This document shows positions 24,476-40,890 of a DNA stretch of 64,000 bases, piece after piece. The notes under the pieces are model-generated. The model did not search any database, was not told where the DNA came from, and was given only the letters and a program-made list of their open reading frames with translations. The stretch is from assembly GCF_009914755.1 (NCBI RefSeq), contig NC_060938.1; one strand, 5' to 3'. The DNA comes from the human T2T-CHM13v2.0 reference genome, Homo sapiens. The translations under genes and the position numbers were made by a program. Every line of letters starts with the position of its first letter. The first letter of the stretch is position 1.

Positions 24476-27274
24476 CTTGTTGAACATTAATACTGCAATA
24501 AATTTGTGTTTTCACAACATTTTGGAAATGCTTATACATTTTTATATTAGAAATGCATGAATTTTTGACTCATTTAATTCATGAATAGCTTATTGTATGA
24601 ATTATAAATATAAAAACATTTTATATTTATATTTTATAACAATATTGTAAATAGATATAAAAATAAAACATCAATATTTAGGTGTCACACAAGAGAGATA
24701 TATACATGTATACATGAATATATGTGTGTGTCTACACATACTTGTGTACACACATCTATAATACATAAATTAGTTAAATGCAAATCACTACTGGTACAGC
24801 AGAGTTTAGGCACCTAATAATAGTGGAAGGTAGGAAGAAGCAGGTTCACGGGTGTTAGTGAATAACGACTGTGAATCTAACAGATACAAAAGTGAAAACA
24901 AATACGTCAAAAGGAAATAGAAGAAATAAAGCCACCCAGTAAAGGGCAAATCCAGTCTCCGGAAGAGATCTCCACCATGGCCTGGATCAGTGTTAGTATT
25001 CACAATGATGACATGGAGGAATGTGAAAAACAGTTATTACACTTTTAAAAATTTAAGTACCAAATAGTATAATTCTTTACAAGTATAGCTAGTTTCCAGA
25101 TGTGTAAAGAAAACTTGCATCATTAAAAAATAATTCAAAAAGCAATTTTCTGAATATTTAAAGAATGTGCTTATCTATGTCTTACTTTTAAAACTATCCC
25201 CTGGCAGAAGTTCATTGAGTTTTTCTATTTAAATAGAAGAGGCTGCCTTTTGTTAATGCACTTTTGTTAATTGCACGCTTAATGAATCTCCACAGGAGTC
25301 CCACCATGAGAGGCACGATCCTATTTCTCAAATAAATATTTCTCAAGCTTCTACTGACATGTGGCCCCAGATGAACTTTTCTGTTTCTACCAGGGCTATC
25401 ATAATGTGAAATCTTGGAGAAAGTCCACAGAAGTTTAGGTCTCTCTGTTGAGAGATATTAAATGTGAACTCTGTGAAGCTCCTCTTTTGGTGGCAAGTTG
25501 AGTATCAAGAGAGATTTTTATGAAGTGTGAAATAAATCATGGATTTTCTGAGTTTTAATTTAAAATATTATAAACAGTTGTATATTCTTTGTTATTACAT
25601 TTTCTTAAGGGAGGGCCCCATGATGACATCTCTGGGCTGGGGAGGCAAAACATATGAATATACTGGACCAATCAAATGATAGGCTTCATACAACTTGGAC
25701 AAGTAAGTCTATAGTCAGGTGGATTTTCAATATTATCTGAAAAGATGAATAGAAATTTATGAGCTTATGTGAAATTTATCTGTGTTTTGTTAGCATAGAT
25801 ATTTCAGAGTTCAGCTCACACATCACTGCACCCATGTTGAGGAAGGCATATAGAAGGAATGTCTAACACATTTTATTAATTGGGTAAGTAGACCAGTGTG
25901 ATTTAGCAACATATACAAATACAGTAATACATATTGGAAGCCTTTTCATTACATTATAACAGGAGTAGCAGTAACTCAAAAATGGCATTATAAAAGTAAA
26001 GATCTTTGGAAGTTACTTTAATGAAAAAATGTAACTTGTAATTATCACATCTTTAATTATGACATTTAATTACGAGCTTAACATTGACCTTTTTCCTCAA
26101 GCATTTAAACATACCAACTGAGAATATCCTCAAATTACTAATTTTCTTGCTAATGTTTTTCTCATATTAAAAGAAAAAATAGTAAATTCTAGCCAAGTCA
26201 ATGTCCACAGGTGTCAGATTTAAATTAGTGCATCCCTGAGGAATGATTTTTTGTTTTTCTTTAAAACATGTAAAAATAGTGAAAATTTGGCTTTATAAAT
26301 ATTGATATTGAACTTATCCCAAAATTCCATACAATGGTAATGACTGGGGAGCTAGTACAGGTTATTAAGATGTTTTATCAGCCTTTGAGACACTACTCGA
26401 CTGTAGAATTACTGAAAATGCACCTCCCTCTTGAAATGTCATTTTAAAAAAGATGATGCATTTCTGAAAGACCCATCTGTTTTTTAAAACTTCATGACTA
26501 TTTTCTACATACTCACTGATCCCCTACTTGTTTGATGGGAGCAACTGTTCGAAACAAAACTAAAATCAACCAGATACTAGGCTCTATCTATTCATAGATT
26601 GATTTCAGATTGGTTGCCTCTTTAGATGTCACATAAGGTAGCTCTGCTAAGTTCGTGGTCTCATCCCTGTTTGGGAATCTTGTTGTGTGTGAATTTGGCA
26701 GGTGGAAAGAACTTAGAGGCCGAGGATATCCAGGATGCACATGTTGCCAGCAGCTACTATCAAAGTTTAAGGTAATCTAGGGAATACTGATCCCCCTAGG
26801 TGAAGATCTTCATAGCTCAGAGTTTCATGATAGCATAAATTATGTTATCACTACTTCATCAGAGTACTGCTATGCGGCCTCCCATATTGGCAAGATATTT
26901 TATTATTCAAAGTTTATTGCAATTACTAGACACTTCCAAACCAGAAACCTATGATATCCCATTTTCCTCATTTGGGTCTTCTAATTTTATTTGCATGTAT
27001 AACATCTGTTTAGCTCAGAGCAGTGAACAAGCAATTAAGACTTAGCTGATAATAGAAGCTTTGGGATTTTTATTTACATATGTTTCAAAGATTAACATAA
27101 ATACACAGAGAACACACATACACGTAAGTACAAATGCACACATGTATGTGTTTAACTTTTAAACTATGTATATCCTTAATAATAATTATTAACATCTTTT
27201 ACTTCCAGTGAATTGCCTTTTCATTTATTATCTTGTTTCTCAAGTGGGATATAAGTGTCATGGGGAGGATCTGA

Positions 27275-27655
27275 AAATGGACTCCATAGAAAGAGACTCT
27301 GAGATGAAAGGTAACTTGCAGATTTATTTGGCAGTGTTTTTCAGCCCTATATTACTAAGATAGTTAGAAAAGCAGGATTGAGCACATGGAGAAGCTGACC
27401 TGGAATGAAATTGCAACTGAAATTTTATTGGTTCTATAAGAAGCTCTGGAGTTGAGATGCCCTTTCACAGTGGGTGCTTCTAGTGAGGGTGCAGTAGGGG
27501 GTTGGAGAAAGGGGCAACCTAACCTTGGACCAAGCAGTTGCAATGGCCAAGGCCAATCCCAGGGATCAATGCAGCTATAAGCCGCTAGGGTGTGCTGTTC
27601 CTAACAGCTGGGGTATGGCTGTGTCATACTTGACACAGCACCAGTTATCACTATA
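27275..27655 (-). mobile_element. Ancient ERVL LTR (LTR16/LTR33-type)
   Basis: GACTCTGAGATG..TTGCAGATTTATT..AGCAGGATTGAGCA..GGAGAAGCTGACCTG..AGCTCTGGAGTTGAGATGCCCTT motifs. Confidence 0.6.
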
Positions 27656-27667
27656 GCCGGTTTTGGC

Positions 27668-27668
27668 T

Positions 27669-27707
<39 letters not shown>

Positions 27708-27712
27708 CTTAT
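27668..27712 (+). repeat. (TTTA)n microsatellite
   Basis: Visible TTTA run. Confidence 0.9.
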
Positions 27713-28379
27713 TTTGATTTGTATGTCCCAAAACTTAGAATGGCCCCTAGAAGATAGTATGTGCTCAGTAAAAATTTCTTAAAATTGTTTATCAAAATCG
27801 TATAACTTATAGCTTATTAGATTGATGAAACCCTAACAAAATAGCTATGAATCACAGTGCAGAGTGAAGAAGGAAAAATTTTATCACTGTTCTCCCAATT
27901 ATAATAAAATATAGATATAACATTACGCTTAATATAAAACTAATTAATTGTTAGAGAGGTCAGCAGGAATGCTTTTTCAACATTCTTCCAGTAAATTATA
28001 AGGAAGTACTTTGGAAAATACTAATATTATGGTCTAAGAAATCTCATTATCAAATAGAAACAAAGAGTGTATAGGTGAGACCAATGGAAAATTTTGAAAT
28101 TTTAATCAATGTCTGTGAATATGATAACTCTGGAAAAAGGTATGTCGAGTTATACTAGCCTGCTTCAAATAAAAGTGTTTTAGGGGACTTCACTTAACAC
28201 ATGAATTATATATTACATTTTAAGCTAGTTTCTCAATTCATTGGTTAGAAAATTGTTATGTCTTTGATTTGAAAAGTCTTATTTCCTGTACCTGAATTGA
28301 AATTTTCAAAATATTTATGGAAAAATTCAACTAATTTAATCATTCTAATAACAATTAAGTCTATTCAAATATGACGAAT

Positions 28380-28480
28380 GCGATCTCTTCGGATACATAT
28401 TAAAATTGGAATAATATGAAAGAGAATTTTATGGCCCCAGGACAAGCACAGAATACAAATATGTGAGGCATTACATGTGT
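28380..28480 (+). pseudogene. RNU6: U6 snRNA pseudogene, highly diverged, full length
   Basis: GCGATCTCTTCGG..ACATAT..TAAAATTGGAA..ATGGCCCC..CAAG..CAAAT..GTGAGGCATTACAT is colinear with U6 (GTGCTCGCTTCGG..ACATATACTAAAATTGGAA..ATGGCCCC..CAAG..CAAATTCGTGAAGCGTTCCAT). The ACAGAGA box is destroyed. Confidence 0.85.
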
Positions 28481-28776
28481 ATCCTATGTAGAGGGAACAA
28501 AATATCTGGCTGATTAATTTCTCCCAGCAAAATTTAATGCCATGGAAAATACAGCAACACCAATCAGAAATTCATGGGAAAATTTTAGCAAACATGAAGT
28601 GCATAGTACTACATGTTCAACGAAGTCAAGCTTTCCAACAATATCAAGCCTATGGAAAGTCATGTACCTATTAGAAATCAAGGAATTTTAACCCCGGGTT
28701 CTCTTATTGAGAACAGTGCTTGAAGATAAACTACAGCCAATCAAGCGGTGTCTGATGAAATTATGTACGGAAGGAC

Positions 28777-31019
28777 TGCTGTTGTTCGCACATTTGCCCC
28801 TTCCAAATTCATGCTGAAATTTAATCTCCAATGTGATACTAATGAGAGTTGAAGACTTTAAGAGGTGATTGGGGCTTGGGGGCTCTGCCTTCATAAATAG
28901 ATTAACGCATTAACTGGTTAATGAGTTATCATGGGAATTAGATTAGTGGCCTTATAAGAAGAGGAAAAGAGATCTGAGCTAGCACACTTGGCTTCCTCAC
29001 CATGTGATACCCCGTGCCACCTTGAGACTCTATAGAGAATTACTACCAGTAAGAAGGCCCTCACCAGATTTGGACTCTCAATCTGGGACCTCCTGGCTTC
29101 ATAACGGTAAGAAATAAATTTTGTTTTTTTATAAATTAGTTCCACATACTCTATTATAAGCAACAGAAATATGGACTAAAACAGGAAATTGGTACCAGAA
29201 ATGGGATTGTTTCAGTTAACAAACACTTTAAAATGTGGAAGCAGCTTCGTAGCTGGGTAATGGGCAGAGGCTAAAAGAATTTGAAGGATCAGGCCCAGAT
29301 TCTGGTGAGGGCTTAGAAGACAAGACTAAGGAAGGTTTAGAACTCCTTTGAGGTTGGTTAAGTGGTTGTGACTAGAATGCTGATAGAAATATGGCCAGTA
29401 AAGGTCATTCAGATGAGATTTCAGATAAAACTGAGGAACAAGATACTAGAAACTAGAGGAAAGGCCATCTTTGTTATAATTTAACAAAGAACTTGGCCAC
29501 ACTGTGTCCATGCCCCAGGGCTTTGTGGAAGGCCAAACTTGAGAGTGATGAACTAAGGTATCTGGCCACAAAAAGTTTTGTAAAAATTCGGGAGAGGAAA
29601 CCAAGGTTGGAGCCCAGTGATCATTTGCTAAAGAGATGAGCATGGATAGAAGAGAACTAGGTGCCATTGCTCAAGACAATGGAAGAAAGATCCCCAGTGA
29701 CCTTTCAGAGATCTTTGAGGCTGCCCCTTCAATCACAGACCCAGAGTTTTAAAAGGGCAGAATTGTTTCGGAGGACAGGCCCAGGACTCTTCACGGACTT
29801 GCTGCCCAGCCTTTTCAGGACCCTGTTCCCCATACCCTACTACAGTGCTCCACAGCCACAGTTCCAGAATGTACAAGTCATAAACCTTAGGAGCATCCAC
29901 ATGTTAATTTTGAAGGCTTGCAAAAAGCAAGAGCTGTAGAGACTTGGAAGCCTCCACCCAGATTTCAAAAGATGTTTTCAAGAGCCTGAGGCCCCAGGCA
30001 GAGACTTGTCACAGGGGCAGAGCTACTGCATAGAGCCTTGCTAGATTGTGGAGTTGAAGTTGCTTCAGAGGGTATCCACCAGGGCGACACCTAGTGGAGC
30101 TGTGGGAGCAAGACTACCACCAGGACACCAGACTGAGAAATCACTAGCAGTATGCAACACCCACCTGGAAAATCTTTAGGCACTGAACTTCAACCTGTAC
30201 AAGCGGCCATGTGGGCTGCATCCAGAAAAGGGTTTGGGTGGCCTGAGGCTTTGGGGGCCCAACTCCTGTCCCACTCCAGGAAGCAGCACATGAAGTCAGA
30301 AAAGACTATTCTCCAGGTTTGAGATTTACCGTCTGCGCAGCTAGATTTTGGACTTGATTTGGGGCCTGTTATTCCTTTCTTTTCAACTATTTCTCCCTGT
30401 TGGAATGGAATTGTCTATCTTATGCCTATATTGAATGTTGGAAGCACATAACTTGTTTTTATTTCACATGCTCACAGATGAGACTTGGAATTTTGGATTT
30501 TGAGTTGGTGCTGGAACAAGTTAAGACTTTGGGGATATGGAGATGGAATGAATGTATTTGTATGTGAGAAGAACATGAGCTTTGAGAGGCCAGGGGTGGA
30601 ATGCTATAGTTGAATATTTGTCCTCTCCAAAACTCAGGCTGAAATTTAATTCTCAGTGTGGTTGTATTGCGAGGTCGAGCCTTTAAGAAGTGACTGGGTC
30701 CTGAGGACTCTGCCCTTATGAATGAGTTCATCCATGCATGGATTAATGGATTATTGGATTATCACAGGAATAGAATTGGTGACTTTATATGAAGAGGAAA
30801 AGAGATCTGAGTTAGCACACTCAGTATCTTCACCCCTTGATTCCCTGGGCTGCTTTGGGACTACTGCAGAGAGTTCTCACCAGCAAGAAGGGCTCACCAG
30901 ATGTGGCCTTTCAACCTTGGATTTCTCAGCCCCAAGTCTGTAAGAAATAAACTTTGTTTCTTTATAAATTTCCCAGTTGCAGGCATTCTGTTATAAGAAA
31001 CAGAAAATGAACTAAGACA
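28777..31019 (+). mobile_element. Complete MaLR element: MSTC/D-type LTR (28777-29183), MST-int (29184-30601), LTR (30602-31019)
   Basis: Two homologous TGCT...ACTAA(A/G)ACA LTRs. The internal part starts GAAATTGGTACCAG and ends in the purine-rich GAGGCCAGGGGTGGAA before the 3' LTR. Confidence 0.92.
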
Positions 31020-33421
31020 GACAGCCATTAGACGCTTGAAAGATATTTAAGTGTAAAACTGATAGTGAAAAAAAAAGTAGGATTAGATTGCAAAACAAAA
31101 TATAAATGTAGATTTTTTGACATGTAAAAATGACACAAAAAACTTAGGAGAAAAAAGGTGTAAAGAAGTTAGGAGATAGAGTATGTTAGTGTTGTCTCTT
31201 TTCTAACAGCTGAGAAGGCAAGAGATAGATTCATAAACATATTTTAATGTACTCAGGAGAATGAATTGTTGAGAAATGGGTTACAGGAGTAGAAAAAGCA
31301 TTAAGAAAGAAGAAGAAGAATGTTAATTTATTAGTGCTTATATTAAGTAAATAATAGGTTAAAGAAATAGAGAACTACATTTGTATTAGGTAACCTCTTC
31401 GTGATTTATTGTATAAAAGATAATGTTAAAAGTACACAATAAATACAAATATTCCTATATATTAGAGGGTCCACACCCACAAACACACACACACACCCCA
31501 GCACACACAGCAATGCAATTTAAATACATGCCAAGACTTGTAAGTTAAAACTATAAAATAGAAATTATAACCTAAAATAGTCTGACAGAACTAATATGAA
31601 ATATATCAGTCATATCATAAATATAAACTGAGTAAAGGCACATGTTTAAAGGCAAGATTTATAAAATAGCATACAAAATAAAGCCAAATCTAGGCCATAA
31701 ATCTAGAATAAAGAGACACAGATAAGACAATGACTTAGAATGTTTAAAAATAAAAGGAGAAACAAAGGTATATTAGGCCAATGCAAACAAAAGAAATGCA
31801 ATTCACATTTTTATCCCAGAGTTTTTATGACAGTGTTCCAGATAACATAACATAAACATTCATAAAGCAAATATTAAAGAATCGACCTTAAAAATACAGA
31901 TAAACTCACTATTAATAGGAGACTTTAATTCTCTCTCAGTCCATGAAAGATTATATAACTAAGAATGTAAAATATAAGCAAAATTAGAACTGACTGATAC
32001 ATAATTCCGAAAATGATAAAAATGGAAAATATAGCCTTATTTCAGCTGTCCATAGGACATTCATAAACATTAACCATACATTACTTGGCAACAAATTCTA
32101 AGTTTTTAAATGCCAAAGAGTAAACATAGCAAAACATCTGTGATCACAATACCAAATTAAATTTGCAAATTAATAACAAAATCAGAAACAAAATGATCCT
32201 TTTATAGATAACATTCTAATAATCTTTATAAACTACTCTTAATTGAGAAAATACAAACATAAATAGTAGAACTTAAGAAAAACAAAATAACAGATAAAAA
32301 TACTATTACTCAGAACCAATTAGATCTTGTAAAATATGTGCCACAAGGAAAATTTTTAGTCTTCAATTATTATATTAATTTAAAACATAAAGGAAATAGT
32401 GAAAACTTTAAAAACAAAAAAGTTAGAATAAAAATAACTAAAGACTTAAAGGGAATATGAAGAAACAATTAATAAATATAAAAGAGAAATTAGCAAGAAA
32501 AAAGAATAGAATTATAAACAGACGCAAATGCTTTTTTTGAATAAAAATAACAAAGTAAAAAGTTGAACTTATTTAACTTAAGAACAATGTAAAATCAAAA
32601 TGCAAAAAAATTAAGAAAAAAATTCAAGTTAAATGAAGCAGTGAAAATTTTAAATTGCATAACACTAGCAAATAAACTTAAAGAAATAGATAAGAATAGG
32701 TAAGTTTTTAGGAAAATAGATTTTACCAAATTTGACTGCTGAAGAGATAAAAGTCTACAAAGATCACGTTCCACGAGGGAAATACAGGGTGCTATGTAAG
32801 AACTACTCTCAAAAGAAATAACACCACAGCCAACTATTTTACAAGGAAATTTTACCAAACATTTAAAAAGTGAATATTTCCATTGCTATTTAAACTATTT
32901 CAGAACATGGGGGAAAAATAAGGAAGGAAAATGGCCAAACTCATGTATGAAGCAACTATAATATTGAGCCCAACATTTAATATAAAAAAGGAAATTTAAC
33001 TTATCACTATTAATAAAAATCCTAAAAGAAACACAAATGCAAAATCCTGTGAAACGTAAAAATAAAAACGTGACTAAGTGGAAATTATTCCAGGAATACT
33101 AGTGTATATTAATGTTTGTAAATCTATTAATAAAGCAGTGAAATGGCAGGGGGTAAAATGCAGTGATATATTCCTTAAGTAAAAATGAATGGATATTTGT
33201 TAATATGGCAAAATATATGTATTTCAGACACAAAACTGAGAACATGCTTGATGAAGAAACACTTGATGAAGTCTTTCAAAAGTCAGGAACAAGAAATAGA
33301 CACAATGAACACTAGTAACAAACATCAGACAGCAGGTATGTAAGATAAAACCACAAAGATGTATAAAAATTGAAAAGGAAGAATTAGTATCTTAACAACA
33401 AATTCACATATAAAATATTAG

Positions 33422-33470
33422 ATTATATATATACACACACATATACACACACATATACATATATATATTT
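33422..33470 (+). repeat. (TA)n/(CA)n compound microsatellite
   Basis: Visible repeat, located at the jump from L1 ORF2 to the 3' UTR. Confidence 0.85.
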
Positions 33471-34059
33471 AGAAGGTTGGGGAATTTTATTGCTCGAACA
33501 AAGAATCTGACAAAAGAATCTGAATATATAATGCATGTATGGGACAACTTCACTGAAAAGGGTGGGGGAATAAGATGCTGACCTAAGGAGCTTTGGAAAT
33601 GAGTGAAATCTATAAGTCTAAAGACAAAAAGAATTGTACACAAGCACGGTGCTATAGTTGATAAAGTCATTTCCCACGGGGAACATAACTCTCCATTCCC
33701 TAAACTCAGAGTGTTCATAGTGCCATTCTTCCAAAAATTACAATATAAAAAGGGAATAAAAGGTTAGCTTGATAGGAGATAAAGCTAAAAGGAGAAAAAC
33801 TAGCTCAAAATCATTGACCAAGGTTAAGAATAAGAGTGATTAATTACATTTATTTTATTATACTTTAAGATCTGGGGTACATGTGCAGAACGTGCAGGTT
33901 TGTTACATAGGTACACACGTGCCATGGTGGTTTGCTGCACCCATCAACCCATCATCTACATTAGGTATTTTTCCTAATGCTATCCCTCCCCTAGCCCCCA
34001 ACCCCTGACACGCCCCGGTGTGTGATGTTCCCCTCCCTGTGTCCATGTGTTCTCATTGT

Positions 34060-37885
<3,826 letters not shown>

Positions 37886-37947
37886 TATGATGCTAGCTGG
37901 TTATTTTGCCTGTTAGTTGATGCAATTTCTTCATAGTGTCGATGTTC

Positions 37948-38964
37948 TTTTCAATCTGGTATGTTTTTACAATGGCTGGTACTGGTTGTTCTTGTCCATG
38001 TTTAGTGCTTCCTTCAGGAGCTCTTGTAATGCAGGCCTGGTGATGACAAAATCTCTCAGCATTTGCTTGTGTGTAAAGGATTTTATTTATCCTTCGCTTA
38101 TGAAGCTTATGCTGTATATGAAATTCTGGGTTAAAAATTCTTTTTTTTAAGGACGTTGAATATTGACCCCCCCAAGGTCTTCTGCCTTGTTGGGTTTCTG
38201 CAGAGAAGGCCGCTATTAGTCTGACAGGCTTCTGTTTGTGGGTAACCCGACCTTTCTCTCTGGCTGCCCTTAACATTTTTTCCTTCATTTCAACCCTGGT
38301 GAATCTGACAATTATGTGTCTTGGGGTTGCTCTTCTCGAGGCATATCTTTGTGGTATCCTCTTTCCTGAATTTGAATGTTGGTCTGTCTTGCTAGGTTGG
38401 AAATGTTCTCCTGGATAATATCCTGAAGTGTGTTTTCCAACTTGGTTCCATTCTCCTTATCACTTTCAGGTACACCAATCAAACGTAGGTTTGGTCTTTT
38501 CACATAGTCCTATATTTCTTGGAATCTTTGTTCATTCCTTTTCATTCTTTTTTCTCTAATCTTGTCTTTATGTTTTATTTCGTTAAGTTGATCTTCAATC
38601 TCTGATATCCTTTCTTCTACTTGATTGATTCAGCTATTGATATTTGTGTATTCTTCACAAAGTTCTCATGCTGTGTTGAGCTACATTAGGTCATTTATGT
38701 TCTTCTCTAAACTGGTTATTCTAGTTAGCAATTCATCTAACCTTTTTTCAAGGTTCTTAGCTTCCCTGCATTGGGTTAGAACATGCTCCTTTAGCTTGGA
38801 GGAGTTTGTATTAATCACCTTCTGAAGCTTACTTCTGTCAATTTGTCAAACTCATTCTCTGTCCAGTTTTGTTCCCTTGCTGGCAAGCAGTTGTGATCCT
38901 TTGGAGGAGAAGAGGCATTCTGGTTTTTGGAATTTTCAGCCCTTTTGCACTGGTTTTTCTTTAT
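37948..38964 (-). pseudogene. L1 ORF1p, disrupted
   Basis: Fragments KNQCKRAENSKNQNASSPPKDHN, KRPNLRLIGVPESD and MKEKMLRAAREKGRVT lie in different frames; the start codon reads ATA. Confidence 0.9.
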
Positions 38965-40290
38965 CTTCATGGATTTATCTACCCCATGGTCTTTGATTTC
39001 GGTGACCTTTTGATGAGGTTTCTGTGTGGATGTCATTTTTGTTGTTGATGCTATTCCTTCCTGTTTGTTAGTTTTCCTACGAGCAGTCAGGCCCTTCTGC
39101 TGCAGATCTTCTGGAATTTGCTGGAGGTCCACTCCAGACCCTCTTTGCCCAGGTATCACCAGCAGAAGCTGCAGAACAGCAAAGATTGCTGCCTGCTTCT
39201 TCCTCTGGAAGCTTTTTCGCAGAGGGGCACCGCTAGATTTCAGCCGAAGCTCTCCTGTATGAGGTGTCTGTTGACCCCTGCTGGGAATTGTCTCCTAGTC
39301 AGGAGGCATGGGGGGTCAACGACCTACTTGAGGAGGCAGTCTGTCCCTTAGCAGAGCTCGAGTGCTGTGCTTGGAGATCTGCTGCTCTCTTCAGAGCCGG
39401 CAGGCAGTAATGTTTAAGTCTGCTGAAGCTGCCCCCACAGCTGCCCTGTCCCCCAGGTGCTCTGTCCCAGGGAGATGTGAGTTTTATCTATAAGACCCTG
39501 ACTGGGGCTGCTGCCTTTCTTTCAGAGATGCCCTGCTGAGAGAGGAGGATTCTAGAGAGGTAGTGAGGCTACCTCAACTTTGCAGAGCTGTGCTGGGCTC
39601 TGCCGCGTTTCAAATTCCTAGTGGCTTTGTTTATACTGTGAGGGGAAAACCGCCTACTCAAGCCTCAGTAATGGTGGATGCCCCTCCCCCCACCAAGCTC
39701 TAGTGTCCCTGGTGGACTTCAAACTGATGTTCTGGGAGCGGGAATTTCAAGCCAGTGGATCTTACCTTGCTGGGCTCTGTGGGGTGGGATCTGCTGAGGT
39801 AGCCCACTTGGCTCTCACTTCAGCCCTCTTTCCATGGTAGTGAATGGTTCTGTCTCACTGGTGTTCCAGGCACCACTGGGGTATAAAAAAAAACTCTTGC
39901 AGCTAGCTCAGTGTCTGCCCAAAGGGCCGTCCAGTTTTGTGCTTGAAATCCAGTGCCCTGGTGGTGTAGGCATCCAAGGAAATCTCCTGGTCTGAGGGTT
40001 GTGAAGACCATGGGAATTCACAGCACAGTCCCTCGAGGCTTCCCTTGGCTAGGAGAGGGAATTCCCCAACCCTTTGCGCTTCCTGGGTGAGGTAATGCCC
40101 CGCCTCACCCCACTTTGGCTCACCCTCTGTGGGCTGCACCTACTGTCTAACCAGTCCCAGTGAGATGAGCTGGGTACCTCAGTTGGAAATGCAGAAATCA
40201 CCCACCTTCTGTGTTGATCTTGCTGGGAGCTGCAGACCAGAGCTGTTCCTATCTGGCCATCTTGCCAGCTGGAAGTGATTGATTACATTT

Positions 40291-40470
40291 CTAATAGGTA
40301 TTCTTGATACGATGTGATGTGAATTTTTCTTTACCTCTGTGATGTTCCTCCAGAAACATGTAACAGTATGACAAATCAAATATATTTTGAAAAACCAATG
40401 CTTCATATATATAGAATTTTCCAGTGAAACTCACCTTATAAACTATTGTTAAGGTCTAATATTTCATGAG
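40291..40470 (+). mobile_element. Continuation of the L1MC 3' UTR after the L1PA insertion
   Basis: CTTGATACGATGTGATG..TTTACCTCTGTGATGTTCCTCC continues the L1MC 3' UTR that was cut at 33834. Confidence 0.65.
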
Positions 40471-40659
40471 GGAAAAATGTATTATTGCAAGATAGTCTTA
40501 CTAATCTTTTATGAAGTAAATAGATATCTTACAAATTAATTTTGGTATAACTGTTAGTGCTTTAGGATGAGTTTTCATCCATCTTCCCACCCATGGAATC
40601 ACTTGCTAGTGCTAAACAAATAATATTTTATGGATTTTCACATTTCATAAAGGATAGTG

Positions 40660-40890
40660 ATTGCAAAATAATGAGTTTAGTCTTTTGGTCAAAAACCTAC
40701 TAATTTTAAAATATGAATTTTTAAATGTAAGTTTTTACTTAAAACTTGTCAGACGACCTAATTGTATGAATTAAGCAAGTCACTTTTATTTCAACCTTTT
40801 TCAGTGGGTTGAGGCAAAGATCAGGTGATATGTGTGTAAGAGCACTTTGTAAATTTTAAGGCAGCAGAAAATTATAAGTTATTATTATGA
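40660..40890 (+). mobile_element. MIR fragment(s)
   Basis: TGTATGAATTAAGCAAGTCACTT..GTGATATGTGTGTAAGAGCACTTTGTAAA..TATAAGTTATTATTA. Confidence 0.5.

Larger units (their letters stand above)
28481..33834 (+). mobile_element. Ancient L1MC-type LINE (ORF1 C-terminus, ORF2 to RT, 3' UTR), interrupted by the MST element and continued at 40291
   Basis: 28481-28776 resembles ORF1 C-terminal sequence, 31550-33400 is degenerate ORF2 EN/RT, and 33500-33834 is an L1MC3/4-type 3' UTR (GCTGACCTAAG..CTTTGGAAATGAGTG..GAATTGTACACAAGCAC). Confidence 0.7.

Noticed and set aside
24790-25040. Possible processed-pseudogene fragment
   Set aside because: The composition differs slightly from the flanks, but I recognise no protein, poly(A) or TSD.
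28380-28480. Functional U6 gene
   Set aside because: The ACAGAGA box and internal stem-loop are mutated, there is no oligo-T terminator, and I recognise no upstream PSE.
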